Shown one piece after another: positions 1 to 8,119 of a DNA stretch of 64,000 bases. Both the position numbers and the translations under genes were made by a program. A model generated the notes under the pieces. That model was not told where the DNA came from. It was given only the letters and a program-made list of their open reading frames with translations, and ran no database searches. The stretch is from positions 1 to 64,000 of the IMG/VR virus record IMGVR_UViG_3300044730_000313. One strand, written 5' to 3'. How positions within the stretch are numbered: position 1 is the stretch's first letter; every line of letters begins with the position of its first letter. The stretch comes from a virus.

Positions 1-40
1 AAGGGGCTTTCTTATTAAACAAACAACTATAAAACAACAA

Positions 41-178
41 CTATTTTGATAGGCGTTTCACCTTCATAGGCCACATCTTACTCTTTAAACGAAGCTTTGT
101 GTCAGGTTCCTTCATATAATTAGAATTAGGCCTGGGATTGGGCACCTTTGGAGCCTTTTTGGGTCTACCTGATTTCAT
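41..178 (-). CDS. small basic protein (45 aa; not in ORF track)
   Basis: Manual translation MKSGRPKKAPKVPNPRPNSNYMKEPDTKLRLKSKMWPMKVKRLSK*; ATG lies 1 nt after the stop of the 180..587 ORF. Confidence 0.65.
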   Translation of the reverse strand: MKSGRPKKAPKVPNPRPNSNYMKEPDTKLRLKSKMWPMKVKRLSK

Positions 179-179
179 A

Positions 180-587
180 TTAGTAGCAACCTCCTCTGCA
201 TTTACCACCCAATTTCATCATCTTAGCTCCGCCCATAGCTTTTCTTGTATGAGCTGAAGAAAGACGTCTAGATGTAGATGATTTACTAGGAGAAAGTGTA
301 CCACCAACTTTTAGCTTTTTGCTAGAACCAAGGCGCTTAGATACACTAGAAACTGTGGGAGAAAGAGATGCACCACCACGAGCTTTCTTAGGTTTCTTAC
401 CAGCTTTCTTCATAGCAATAGCTGTAGCAGCTTGCTTCTTTAGTTTAACACCACCTTTAGCTTCTTTTTTAGCAGCTACGATGATATCAGCACGTGTTAC
501 ACCAGGATTCTTATCAAACCCAGCTTTTACAGATTTCATACCAAGGGCAGATTTACCACCGTTTTGATATTTTTTCATTGTTCCCAT
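180..587 (-). CDS. Lys-rich basic protein, putative DNA-condensing/internal virion protein
   Basis: 135 aa, very K/G/S-rich, several xxxGG motifs (KKYQNGG, EAKGG, KARGG, KAMGG); tightly packed operon. Confidence 0.65.
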   Translation of the reverse strand: MGTMKKYQNGGKSALGMKSVKAGFDKNPGVTRADIIVAAKKEAKGGVKLKKQAATAIAMKKAGKKPKKARGGASLSPTVSSVSKRLGSSKKLKVGGTLSPSKSSTSRRLSSAHTRKAMGGAKMMKLGGKCRGGCY

Positions 588-608
588 TGTTATATTAGAT
601 TTTAATTG

Positions 609-1088
609 TTAGCAATTCCATTTTCTCAACGATTTGTTGATTCTGCTGTTTGGATCGTTAGCAGTTTTTGCTGATGTAAGACGCTTCTTCATGCCAGACA
701 TACGAGCACAGAAGCTCTTACGTCTGTTAGCAGCTTTGCTTCCAGCCTTTAATTTTGAGGGCTTAGTGGTAACAGCTGTCTTAAGCTTACTTCCAGGATT
801 AGCACGTCTGTACGATGCAACACCCTTAGCATTCAATCCACCAGAAGGATTCTTTCCTTCCTTTCTTTGCCAAGCAGGTGTGCTACCACCACTACGTAAT
901 TTAGGCTGAGCCCATTTAGGAGCTTTACGAGCATCTTGACGCTCTTCACGTCTAGCTTGTCTATCAGCTTGACGGTTTTCTCTAGCAGCCTGACGTTCAT
1001 CCTTGCGTATTTGTTTTTCAATACCACAAGATCTCCCTCCAGATCTACCAACGCGCTCACCAAATTGAGCCTTTTTAATCCTAGCCAT
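609..1088 (-). CDS. basic phage protein, DUF6321-like C-terminal domain
   Basis: AWQRKEGKNPSGGLNAKG...RRKSFCARM...SRINKSLRKWNC resembles a widespread small basic phage family (recognised from memory). Confidence 0.65.
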   Translation of the reverse strand: MARIKKAQFGERVGRSGGRSCGIEKQIRKDERQAARENRQADRQARREERQDARKAPKWAQPKLRSGGSTPAWQRKEGKNPSGGLNAKGVASYRRANPGSKLKTAVTTKPSKLKAGSKAANRRKSFCARMSGMKKRLTSAKTANDPNSRINKSLRKWNC

Positions 1089-1089
1089 G

Positions 1090-1581
1090 TTATTTCTTTT
1101 TGCCCTTGTACTTATAATTAGGATTGTCTCTGTGCCATTTCTTGGTAGCAGCCACTCCCTGTTTAACAGTTTTGGCTTTACCTTTTCTGGTGAGGTTGAT
1201 GGTGTCCCATTTACCCTTGTCTTTAGTGGGATGGTTTACCATTATGTCTCCTTTTGTACCCTTAGTATAATTTTTGGCAGCTTTATAAACTACATGTTTC
1301 TCACCACCAGCCATCACCTTCACCTTACCACCAGTTTTTAGTGTAGATCCCTTTACAGAGACGCCCCTCACAATCCCCTTTCTTTTAATCAAGGGACCGT
1401 TTGGGACGGGACTGATAGAACCTTTTATAGATGTAACACTGTCTCCATTTTTAAGAACCCCCTTTCCTACATAAGCAGAAGCTTTCTGTGGGTTCCTAAC
1501 ACCATTGCCCCTAGTGATGTTCTGGGGCAACGTGTTGCGCATTCTAGGAGCGCTCTTGAGGAGTTTCTTTATAGAGTTCAT
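1090..1581 (-). CDS. basic hypothetical protein
   Basis: 163 aa, K-rich, 1-nt spacing to both neighbours. Confidence 0.65.
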   Translation of the reverse strand: MNSIKKLLKSAPRMRNTLPQNITRGNGVRNPQKASAYVGKGVLKNGDSVTSIKGSISPVPNGPLIKRKGIVRGVSVKGSTLKTGGKVKVMAGGEKHVVYKAAKNYTKGTKGDIMVNHPTKDKGKWDTINLTRKGKAKTVKQGVAATKKWHRDNPNYKYKGKKK

Positions 1582-1582
1582 T

Positions 1583-1936
1583 TTACTTCTTACGCATCTT
1601 CTTCAGAGTCTGAGCAAGACGTGCACGCTGACCAAGCTTTCCTTTTGACTTAGCAGCTTTAGCTAGCTTAGCAGCAGGAATTGGTTTACCAGGTTTAGCA
1701 CCAAGTTGAGCACGCAGAGCTCCAGGCTTTTTGATAGCCTTTTGAATCCACTTGCCACCCTTGGCCATAGATGTAGCACCCTGTTGCTTGTCTTTTGTAA
1801 GACTCACCTTGGTTTTTACATTACGAGGAGGCAGGTTCATTTCCTGCACCTTTGTCCAAGCACCCTTAGGATCAACTGGTCCAACACGTTTATTAGAAGC
1901 ATTTAAGCCAGCTTGGGCTTTCTTCATCTTTCCCAT
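1583..1936 (-). CDS. basic phage protein
   Basis: 117 aa; C-terminal KWIQKAIKKPGALRAQLG...GQRARLAQTLKKM resembles a common phage basic module; start overlaps the upstream stop. Confidence 0.7.
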   Translation of the reverse strand: MGKMKKAQAGLNASNKRVGPVDPKGAWTKVQEMNLPPRNVKTKVSLTKDKQQGATSMAKGGKWIQKAIKKPGALRAQLGAKPGKPIPAAKLAKAAKSKGKLGQRARLAQTLKKMRKK

Positions 1937-2385
1937 TATTTCTTAGATTTAGCTTTGATCTTGCGTTCTTGTTTGAGCATAGCAGCTGTAGGCTTTTTAC
2001 CAGGCTTACCAGCAGCTTTGTTACGCTTTGCAGCAGCACGGATGTTATCCCACAAACCACGTTGTGAAACAGATCCATCAGCACGCTTCATCATTTGCTT
2101 GCCACCTTTAGCTCTACCCACCTTAATACCTCTGCGACCAATGTTTGTTTTGGAAGGAGGCATAGCTCCCTTCTTATTAAGCTCCTTGATCATTTCACTT
2201 TCCAATGCAGGACGTTTAGGAGCTGCTTTCTTGGAAGGAGTTTTTTTGGAAGGATCTAATGACTTAGGAGTTTTTCCAGGATAATTCTTGTTTAAAACAG
2301 AATCACTTTTAGGATCATATTTCCTAAATAAAGTGGTATCAATAACATCACCACCTCTTTGATACTTCTTAATAGTCTTTCTCAT
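1936..2385 (-). CDS. basic phage protein
   Basis: 149 aa; KKYQRGG near the start, C-terminal GLWDNIRAAAKRNKAAGKPGKKPT module. Confidence 0.7.
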   Translation of the reverse strand: MRKTIKKYQRGGDVIDTTLFRKYDPKSDSVLNKNYPGKTPKSLDPSKKTPSKKAAPKRPALESEMIKELNKKGAMPPSKTNIGRRGIKVGRAKGGKQMMKRADGSVSQRGLWDNIRAAAKRNKAAGKPGKKPTAAMLKQERKIKAKSKK

Positions 2386-2387
2386 TT

Positions 2388-2627
2388 TTATAGATTTGCT
2401 TGTTGTGGTGTTTCTGGAGCCTCTTTAACAACATCAGCTTCAACAGCTGCTGCAAGAGCACGCTCTACAGCTTCATTAGCTTGACTAGCTAAGAGTACAC
2501 GTCCAGCTTCTTCTGTTGCAAGAAGAGCACGGAAGGCATTTAGGATTAAGCCAAATTCAGCACCACTGAGTTCAAACTTGTCTGTAGGGGTCCAGGTGTA
2601 ACGTTTGTTAGGATCGTAAGTTGCCAT
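2388..2627 (-). CDS. hypothetical protein
   Basis: 79-aa ORF directly downstream of a consensus promoter. Confidence 0.7.
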   Translation of the reverse strand: MATYDPNKRYTWTPTDKFELSGAEFGLILNAFRALLATEEAGRVLLASQANEAVERALAAAVEADVVKEAPETPQQANL

Positions 2628-2653
2628 AGTTTATAAGTATTTGGTTTAGAGTA

Positions 2654-2686
2654 CAAATATAAGGGGAATTGAATTAATTATCCAAA
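2654..2686 (-). promoter_or_regulatory. Bacteroidota housekeeping-sigma promoter
   Basis: Minus strand TTTG (2686-2683), 21-nt spacer, TATATTTG (2661-2654). Confidence 0.75.
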
Positions 2687-2961
2687 TTTATTTCAAACAC
2701 AATGGTTGCAGAGGCTTTAATAGACTTAGACAGGTTGAGCTTGATTTGGAAGATGTTGTGCAGTTTTAGTATCTCCTCTAAGAGTAATTCATTATATTTA
2801 GGTAGGCTAGCAGCCAGTCTAAAGTGATATGAGTGGGGGTTCTTGGTTATCTCGAGGGTGGATAATTCATCCACTGAGTTAATCACTCCCTCCAGGTGTG
2901 CAAAATAAGCTTGTTCGTTATCTGGCATCACCTCAGAGAAGAACCTCTTACTTACGGTCAT
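2674..2961 (-). CDS. hypothetical protein
   Basis: 95-aa ORF; start overlaps the stop of the upstream Dps-like gene. Confidence 0.65.
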   Translation of the reverse strand: MTVSKRFFSEVMPDNEQAYFAHLEGVINSVDELSTLEITKNPHSYHFRLAASLPKYNELLLEEILKLHNIFQIKLNLSKSIKASATIVFEINLDN

Positions 2962-3374
2962 TACGATAGAGTTAGGAGATATTTGGTCTTTGCAGCTTCA
3001 CCACTTAAGGCATCAGCTAGGTTTGCAATGTCATGAAAGCTGTTGCTCTCAGCAAAACTCTTAAGGCTGGAGGCGAAACTCATAAGCTCGCTCACCACAA
3101 TACTAGCACTTGCTGTATCTGATAGAGGTTCCATCTTGGGTGCTTTGGGACGCTTGCCCATATAGCCCATGAGCTTCTCAATCACCCCATCCTTAAAATC
3201 ATGTACATAGTCATACAATCCACCAAGAGCTTGGTGTTCTGCATAACTAGTTGTAGTCCAATGCAATAGATGTAATTGTTCATGGAAATAGGTGAGCTTC
3301 CCTGCAATATTTTCCAGGGTCATTTCACCAGTCCCACTCTTCAGCATGTCTGAAGGGAATAATGATTTTGCCAT
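2961..3374 (-). CDS. Dps/ferritin-like four-helix protein
   Basis: HLLHW...HQALGGLYD...DGVIE matches the Dps ferroxidase-centre pattern. Confidence 0.75.
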   Translation of the reverse strand: MAKSLFPSDMLKSGTGEMTLENIAGKLTYFHEQLHLLHWTTTSYAEHQALGGLYDYVHDFKDGVIEKLMGYMGKRPKAPKMEPLSDTASASIVVSELMSFASSLKSFAESNSFHDIANLADALSGEAAKTKYLLTLS

Positions 3375-3376
3375 GA

Positions 3377-3622
3377 TTAGATGGTTGTTGTGCTACTAGT
3401 TGTTGTTGTTGTGGTAGGTGCTGCTGTAGTGCTACTAGTAGTGGTAGTAGTTGGAGGAGCTGTAGTGGTAGTGGTGGTTGTAGGAATACAACACTCATTA
3501 GCATCAATCTCTTTCCAGTTACCCACCTTAGGTTTATTGCGCTGAAGAATCAAACTACCAGCGATTACACGTCCTGTTCCATCGAAACGAACGTATGCTT
3601 TTAATTTATTATTAGTTGCCAT
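3377..3622 (-). CDS. small putative virion protein with poly-Thr tail (paralogue A1)
   Basis: KAYVRFDGTGR...PKVGNWKEI..ECC followed by about 35 aa of Thr/Ser/Pro. Confidence 0.75.
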   Translation of the reverse strand: MATNNKLKAYVRFDGTGRVIAGSLILQRNKPKVGNWKEIDANECCIPTTTTTTTAPPTTTTTSSTTAAPTTTTTTSSTTTI

Positions 3623-3634
3623 AGGTTAGGAGTT

Positions 3635-3856
3635 TTATCTAGCAGTTGTACTACTAGTAGTGGTTGTAGTGGTAGGAGGTACCGTTGTTGAAGATGTGGT
3701 TGTAGTGGTAGGTTCACAGCACTCATATGCTGGAATCTCCACCCATTTACCCACCTTGGGCTTCTTTCTCCTGAGGATCAGGCTGCTGGGGACGATTCTC
3801 CCAGTACCATCAAAGCGTACATAGGCTTTGAGCGGGCGTTTGTCAATTGTGGCCAT
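3635..3856 (-). CDS. small putative virion protein with poly-Thr tail (paralogue A2)
   Basis: Same KAYVRFDGTGR...PKVGKWVEI..ECC head followed by a Thr/Ser tail. Confidence 0.75.
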   Translation of the reverse strand: MATIDKRPLKAYVRFDGTGRIVPSSLILRRKKPKVGKWVEIPAYECCEPTTTTTSSTTVPPTTTTTTSSTTAR

Positions 3857-3858
3857 GA

Positions 3859-4875
3859 TTAATAATTAAGATTGTATTTATTAGATAATTTTTTAAGCTC
3901 GTTTGCGTAATACCATGTACAACGTGGTTTACTCTTTTCATCATTTAACACCACATCTAGATGAGGATCTTTTGTGGGATCTCCACCCGTGTGATATTTA
4001 GCTTTGTAAAAGCAGGCATATCCATCCATTTGTGTAGATACTATCCCTGCGTTATGAAAGATGGGGTGGGTTTCTAGTTTGGTGATGGGATCAGGGGCCC
4101 ATGAAAAGCCCATTTCATCTATCACCTTCACCTCTTTTTCTCTCACCCATAGGTTCCAAAGCACAGCCCACATATCAGCGCACCAGCTCTGGAATCCCTT
4201 GTTTTCGTTCTCAAAGAACTCTTTGTTTATTCTCTGAAGGTAGCTTCTAATCAGGATGCAATCGTTCATCACCTTGCTCCAGAAAGCTGCATCTATGTTC
4301 TTCAGAAGGTATTGTGCACCACCTGAATCTTTATCTTTTTGTTCAGCTTCCTCACGACTAATCCCAACTACACTTCCAATCTCAGCTAGGATGTCTCGTG
4401 TTTTGTATTCTTCCAGCTTATCAGGAAGCACATCTCTTACCTTGCTGTCAAAGTAAGCAGCGCCTATATAACTCTGTGTATCAGATAGATAGCACACGTC
4501 ATCATCTATATACTTTTGAACGTCAAACGCTTCTGTAAAGAGCACGTCTGAATCGCAGTAGAAGATTGCCTTATCACTGAGCTCTGGGTGTTCTTTCCAG
4601 TGTCTCCAAAGGGTGTAAGGTCTCAGCACTGGGATGTATATCCCTAATAGTTGACTCACATCATGTTCATCTTTGTAGAAGTGAAACTCAGCTTCTGGAT
4701 AGAGGTCTGTTACCTGTTTCCATTTCTTGTTCACCTCTCTGTCTTTAGGAGTGAAGATGAGCACAACTGCTTTATCTGCCTCTCCTCTGTTCTTTAAACT
4801 TTCCAGCCACATGTGCACTTGCCATGTGTAATACTGATCGTCTGGTTGAACACAGACATACTTAAGATCCTTCAT
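3859..4875 (-). CDS. GT-A glycosyltransferase, similar to peptide O-glycosyltransferases (GT95 HPAT / GT96 SERGT-like)
   Basis: Motifs YYTWQ, YIPVLRPY, YCDSD (DxD) and SWCADMWA occur in the order of the plant HPAT/SERGT motifs (YxxWQ, YxxxNxP, DxD, W.xEMY). Confidence 0.6.
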   Translation of the reverse strand: MKDLKYVCVQPDDQYYTWQVHMWLESLKNRGEADKAVVLIFTPKDREVNKKWKQVTDLYPEAEFHFYKDEHDVSQLLGIYIPVLRPYTLWRHWKEHPELSDKAIFYCDSDVLFTEAFDVQKYIDDDVCYLSDTQSYIGAAYFDSKVRDVLPDKLEEYKTRDILAEIGSVVGISREEAEQKDKDSGGAQYLLKNIDAAFWSKVMNDCILIRSYLQRINKEFFENENKGFQSWCADMWAVLWNLWVREKEVKVIDEMGFSWAPDPITKLETHPIFHNAGIVSTQMDGYACFYKAKYHTGGDPTKDPHLDVVLNDEKSKPRCTWYYANELKKLSNKYNLNY

Positions 4876-4901
4876 ATGTAGTTTGTTGGTTTGTTATTGA
4901 A

Positions 4902-5051
4902 CTACGTTGGTTGCGTAGTGGATGTAGTGGTAGTGGTGAAATTGTCATTAAGCTCACAAAGCTGGCAGGATATTCCCTCCAGTTGCTTTGCAATCTGCCA
5001 CAACAAGTTCTCTGTGGTACCCCACCCTATTTGTCTGCTAGGTATTGGCAT
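4902..5051 (-). CDS. 49-aa anchor + poly-Thr protein (paralogue B1; not in ORF track)
   Basis: Manual translation MPIPSRQIGWGTTENLLWQIAKQLEGISCQLCELNDNFTTTTTSTTQPT*; near-identical to the N-terminus of the 5053..6201 protein. Confidence 0.8.
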   Translation of the reverse strand: MPIPSRQIGWGTTENLLWQIAKQLEGISCQLCELNDNFTTTTTSTTQPT

Positions 5052-5052
5052 T

Positions 5053-6201
5053 TTAATAAGTTTTGTTCAGTATGAAAATATCACTATATATACTGTTTCC
5101 TGTGCTAGCAGCACCCCATTGAATAGTGACATCTAATGTATTACTGATTGTTGTATCAAATGTTGTACTATTGACTGTGTTAAACGCAAAACCCTCAACA
5201 ACACCATTCACCGTTTTAGTGTAGTGGAATCCACCTAAAGTGACAATTGATGCTACACCAGCAGCTCCTAGTTGTCTAATGGTGAAATCTATATTCAAAT
5301 TAAACACATTGTTTGTAATATTTGTGATGTTCTGTGCTCCACTGTCAAGTAGGATAACAGATCCTGTTTTCACTCTAACTCTTATAGTTTGGTTATTTGT
5401 AGCAGTTAAAAGTCCACCAAACACAGCTCTAAAGCTATCTCCTACAGAGAACCCATTAGCTGGTACAGATAGTGTACCCACACCACCGTTAATTAAACTG
5501 GTTTCTGTAGTGGTGTTAGTGATTATAGTGCTGTTTGCTGTCTGAGCAAAAAGTCCATAATTCACTGATGTTGGTAGTGTTGCAGAAGTTCCACTGGTAC
5601 CTGAAGTGCCACTAGTACCAGTAGACCCACTAGTGCCTGAGGTACCCGAGGTTCCAGTTGATCCACTTGTACCGCTAGTTGCGCTCGTACCACTAGTACC
5701 AGCAGTACCAGAGGTACCGTTTGTACCATTACCACCAGCAGCTCCATTGAGGTTAACACCCCAAGAGCTATAAGTGCCTGATCCCGTCAATTGAGAAGGT
5801 GTACCAAATACCAAAACCCCTGTAAGGGGATTATATGAAGTGACCGTTGAAACCTGATGATTATTAATATCGTATGCTATCAGTACGTCCTGAGCTGTTG
5901 TATATGCTAGCCCAGTACCTATAGTGATAGTTCCACCAGTTCCTAATGTAAATGTGCTGGATGACGTAGTTTGATATCTATCTCCAGGTTGTCCAGCACT
6001 TCCTGAAGTTCCCGATGTTCCAGCTGTCCCAGATATGCCCGATGTTCCAGAGGTGCCAGAGGTACCGCTTGTACCAGTGATGATTCCAATGTTATCATTG
6101 AGCGTACAGAGCTGACAGCTAGCTTGCTCCATCTGTTTAGCAATCTGCCACAGCAGGTTATCCTGTGTGCTCCAGCCTATCTGTCTTGAGGGTATTGGCA
6201 T
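5053..6201 (-). CDS. putative virion fibre/decoration protein with GTS repeats (paralogue B2)
   Basis: 382 aa: MPIPSRQIGW anchor, two (GTS)n tracts flanking a beta-rich domain, C-terminal beta-sandwich-like domain. Confidence 0.7.
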   Translation of the reverse strand: MPIPSRQIGWSTQDNLLWQIAKQMEQASCQLCTLNDNIGIITGTSGTSGTSGTSGISGTAGTSGTSGSAGQPGDRYQTTSSSTFTLGTGGTITIGTGLAYTTAQDVLIAYDINNHQVSTVTSYNPLTGVLVFGTPSQLTGSGTYSSWGVNLNGAAGGNGTNGTSGTAGTSGTSATSGTSGSTGTSGTSGTSGSTGTSGTSGTSGTSATLPTSVNYGLFAQTANSTIITNTTTETSLINGGVGTLSVPANGFSVGDSFRAVFGGLLTATNNQTIRVRVKTGSVILLDSGAQNITNITNNVFNLNIDFTIRQLGAAGVASIVTLGGFHYTKTVNGVVEGFAFNTVNSTTFDTTISNTLDVTIQWGAASTGNSIYSDIFILNKTY

Positions 6202-6207
6202 AAGTTA

Positions 6208-6237
6208 CAAATCTATGGTGAAATTAACAAAAAACAA
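6208..6237 (-). promoter_or_regulatory. Bacteroidota-type promoter
   Basis: Minus strand TTG, 19-nt spacer, TAGATTTG (6215-6208), only 6 nt before the ATG at 6201. Confidence 0.6.
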
Positions 6238-6256
6238 TGAGCATCAACAAATTACG

Positions 6257-6273
6257 TTAACTAAATTAGTTAA
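6257..6273. promoter_or_regulatory. palindromic operator-like site
   Basis: TTAACTAA-A-TTAGTTAA perfect inverted repeat; related site at 49758-49772. Confidence 0.5.
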
Positions 6274-6279
6274 ACAGCT

Positions 6280-6504
6280 CTAACTAAATTTGTTTAAATA
6301 TTTGGATAGCAAGATATATGACAAGAAAAAGCAGCCTGAGATTCCATAGAAAATAAGATCTGCCACCCAATATGAGCCAGTTGCCTGCATGATAAGCTTG
6401 AAAAGAAAGTCGTATCCAAAGGGCAAAAAGAACATTGCCAGCATTAGAGAGCCATCTCGTAAGCTTCGTAATTGCTTCTTTTTCAATTGTTTGTACATGA
6501 TCAC
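6280..6504 (-). CDS. small two-TM membrane protein
   Basis: Hydrophobic LMLAMFFLPFGYD and LIFYGISGCFFLSYILL segments; true start may be the ATG at 6498. Confidence 0.55.
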   Translation of the reverse strand: MIMYKQLKKKQLRSLRDGSLMLAMFFLPFGYDFLFKLIMQATGSYWVADLIFYGISGCFFLSYILLSKYLNKFS

Positions 6505-6525
6505 CGTCCATACAGGGGGTTTTCG

Positions 6526-6654
6526 TTATCTACCTTGACCTCTGTATTTAGAGGTCTTTCTGTCTTTAGGACCTTTGCTCTTAGCAGCTTTTCCGCCTTT
6601 GCGTTTTCCAAAGGTGATTTTACGGGAATCACCCAGTGCTTTTGATTTTGCCAT
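6526..6654 (-). CDS. 42-aa basic peptide ending YRGQGR (not in ORF track)
   Basis: Manual translation MAKSKALGDSRKITFGKRKGGKAAKSKGPKDRKTSKYRGQGR*; fills the gap between neighbouring genes. Confidence 0.7.
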   Translation of the reverse strand: MAKSKALGDSRKITFGKRKGGKAAKSKGPKDRKTSKYRGQGR

Positions 6655-6659
6655 GGTTT

Positions 6660-7001
6660 TTAGTTTTCAAGAGAATCTACCACTACAGATCCAGAGCTGT
6701 CCACTGTGGTCTTTTTCTTACCCCAGAAGTTCTTCTTCTCTGTAATGTAAATAGTGTCTCTTATGATGGTTTTAGTGTTCTTTGCTTTTGCTATCTCAGC
6801 CTTCAGATTGTCCATCTGGGCATCCATTTTTTCCACTATCGTGTGAACTTGCTCATCTGTCTTAGGAAGTAACACCATCGCTTCTTTTGCAAGGCTGTCA
6901 CTTTTTAGAAAAACAGTGTCAACTTCTTGATTTCTAGTGGTTTGCTGAGCTTCGCTTGTGCATCCGAGCACTAGGATTGAAATTATGATAAACCTTTTCA
7001 T
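6660..7001 (-). CDS. lipoprotein, o-spanin-like
   Basis: Signal peptide with lipobox LVLG-C, coiled coil, in the lysis cassette; ATGA overlap with the upstream gene. Confidence 0.55.
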   Translation of the reverse strand: MKRFIIISILVLGCTSEAQQTTRNQEVDTVFLKSDSLAKEAMVLLPKTDEQVHTIVEKMDAQMDNLKAEIAKAKNTKTIIRDTIYITEKKNFWGKKKTTVDSSGSVVVDSLEN

Positions 7002-7282
7002 TTGATTTGTCCTAATTCTTGAAGAGTGGTTAACTTAGCCAAAGAGGCAGCTAGGAGGCTGTCGGACCTTTTGAGCTTAGAGCTCAGGTCGTCTATTTTA
7101 GCTTCCAGTGACTCAATCTTTTTCCCCTGCATTTCAATTTGCTTATTGTAGTTCATCTTACCATCTACATACAGGTAGCCTACAGCCACCAGACAGATGA
7201 ACATAAGCCCTTTTACAGGCTCTTTTGCAAACTCAGCAAAGCTGATGGGGAGAGCGTTAACTTTCAATTCCTTCTTGCTCAT
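6998..7282 (-). CDS. TM + coiled-coil protein, i-spanin-like
   Basis: One TM segment (GLMFICLVAVGYLYV) followed by a heptad coiled coil; in the lysis cassette. Confidence 0.5.
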   Translation of the reverse strand: MSKKELKVNALPISFAEFAKEPVKGLMFICLVAVGYLYVDGKMNYNKQIEMQGKKIESLEAKIDDLSSKLKRSDSLLAASLAKLTTLQELGQIK

Positions 7283-7523
7283 TGTTGTTTCCTTTTGTTT
7301 TGTTAATAAATTTATCTACAGATGCTATACCGAAGCAAGCAATAGTAAGTATTTTAAAAGAGTCAAATATGAACTCGTTAACCAACAGAGGCTTGTTCAT
7401 AGCTCCTGTAACAATATCTGCCACAGCAAATATTGTCATCATGATAAAGGCAGCAAATCCAATCACTGCTTTCTCGTTGATGGAATTCTCATCATTGAAG
7501 AGATCGCTTAAGAACTTTTTCAT
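7257..7523 (-). CDS. putative holin (two TM)
   Basis: 88 aa, two hydrophobic helices, charged C-terminus, immediately after the endolysin. Confidence 0.6.
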   Translation of the reverse strand: MKKFLSDLFNDENSINEKAVIGFAAFIMMTIFAVADIVTGAMNKPLLVNEFIFDSFKILTIACFGIASVDKFINKTKGNNNEQEGIES

Positions 7524-8119
7524 GCTAGTAGATTATGGTATTCTTTAAAATGTTTGATACGATCAGCCAGACCAATTGTACCACCATTTACACGCTTAGT
7601 CACCTCAGTGACTACAGCGTCTGTAGCACCCTTGTCAGCTATTTTGTGTAATCCATTTTTATGGAAAAACCATGCTGCAGAAAGGAGGGGATATTTGCTA
7701 GCCACCAAGTCTGGGTTAGCTAGGATGTCCTCAGGAACTACAGCATCAAATGCTTTGTAGTTATCCTTTCCTGTAAGCTGGATGTAGCCTCTTCCACGGA
7801 ACTTAAATCCTTCACCAGAGGCTTCAGGACCATTGCCCATTCTTCCTCCATATACCAAATTGGCTATCTTTTCAGGCTTACGCTCGTATTCCTTAGCCTT
7901 GGCTTCTGTAGGGAAGTATTTCTTAAATATACCTAGAAGGCCTTTTGCCCCATAGTTCAGGTTTTCGGTTGTAGCTTTGAACCCACCACTCTCATGCCCT
8001 GTTTGAGCTAAGAAGTGAGCTAGTCGTAAGGGTGTATTGAGCTCAAACTTCTGCATAGTGTCAGGAATCTGAGATATTACGCTGTCTGGGATGTGTCCTT
8101 TTAGTTTATCTAGGTTCAT
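7520..8119 (-). CDS. endolysin, glycoside hydrolase family 19
   Basis: RLAHFLAQTGHESGGF, ENLNY, FRGRGYIQLTGKDNY, TKRVNGG motifs. Confidence 0.92.
   Translation of the reverse strand: MNLDKLKGHIPDSVISQIPDTMQKFELNTPLRLAHFLAQTGHESGGFKATTENLNYGAKGLLGIFKKYFPTEAKAKEYERKPEKIANLVYGGRMGNGPEASGEGFKFRGRGYIQLTGKDNYKAFDAVVPEDILANPDLVASKYPLLSAAWFFHKNGLHKIADKGATDAVVTEVTKRVNGGTIGLADRIKHFKEYHNLLA

Noticed and set aside
1-20. Possible terminator after the basic-protein operon
   Set aside because: Only one GC-rich arm (AAGCCCCTT on the minus strand) is visible; the rest lies outside the window
6284-6511. Alternative 75-aa ORF overlapping the 74-aa membrane protein
   Set aside because: Same strand, different frame; the 6280 frame has the clearer two-TM pattern. 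Dual coding cannot be supported without conservation data
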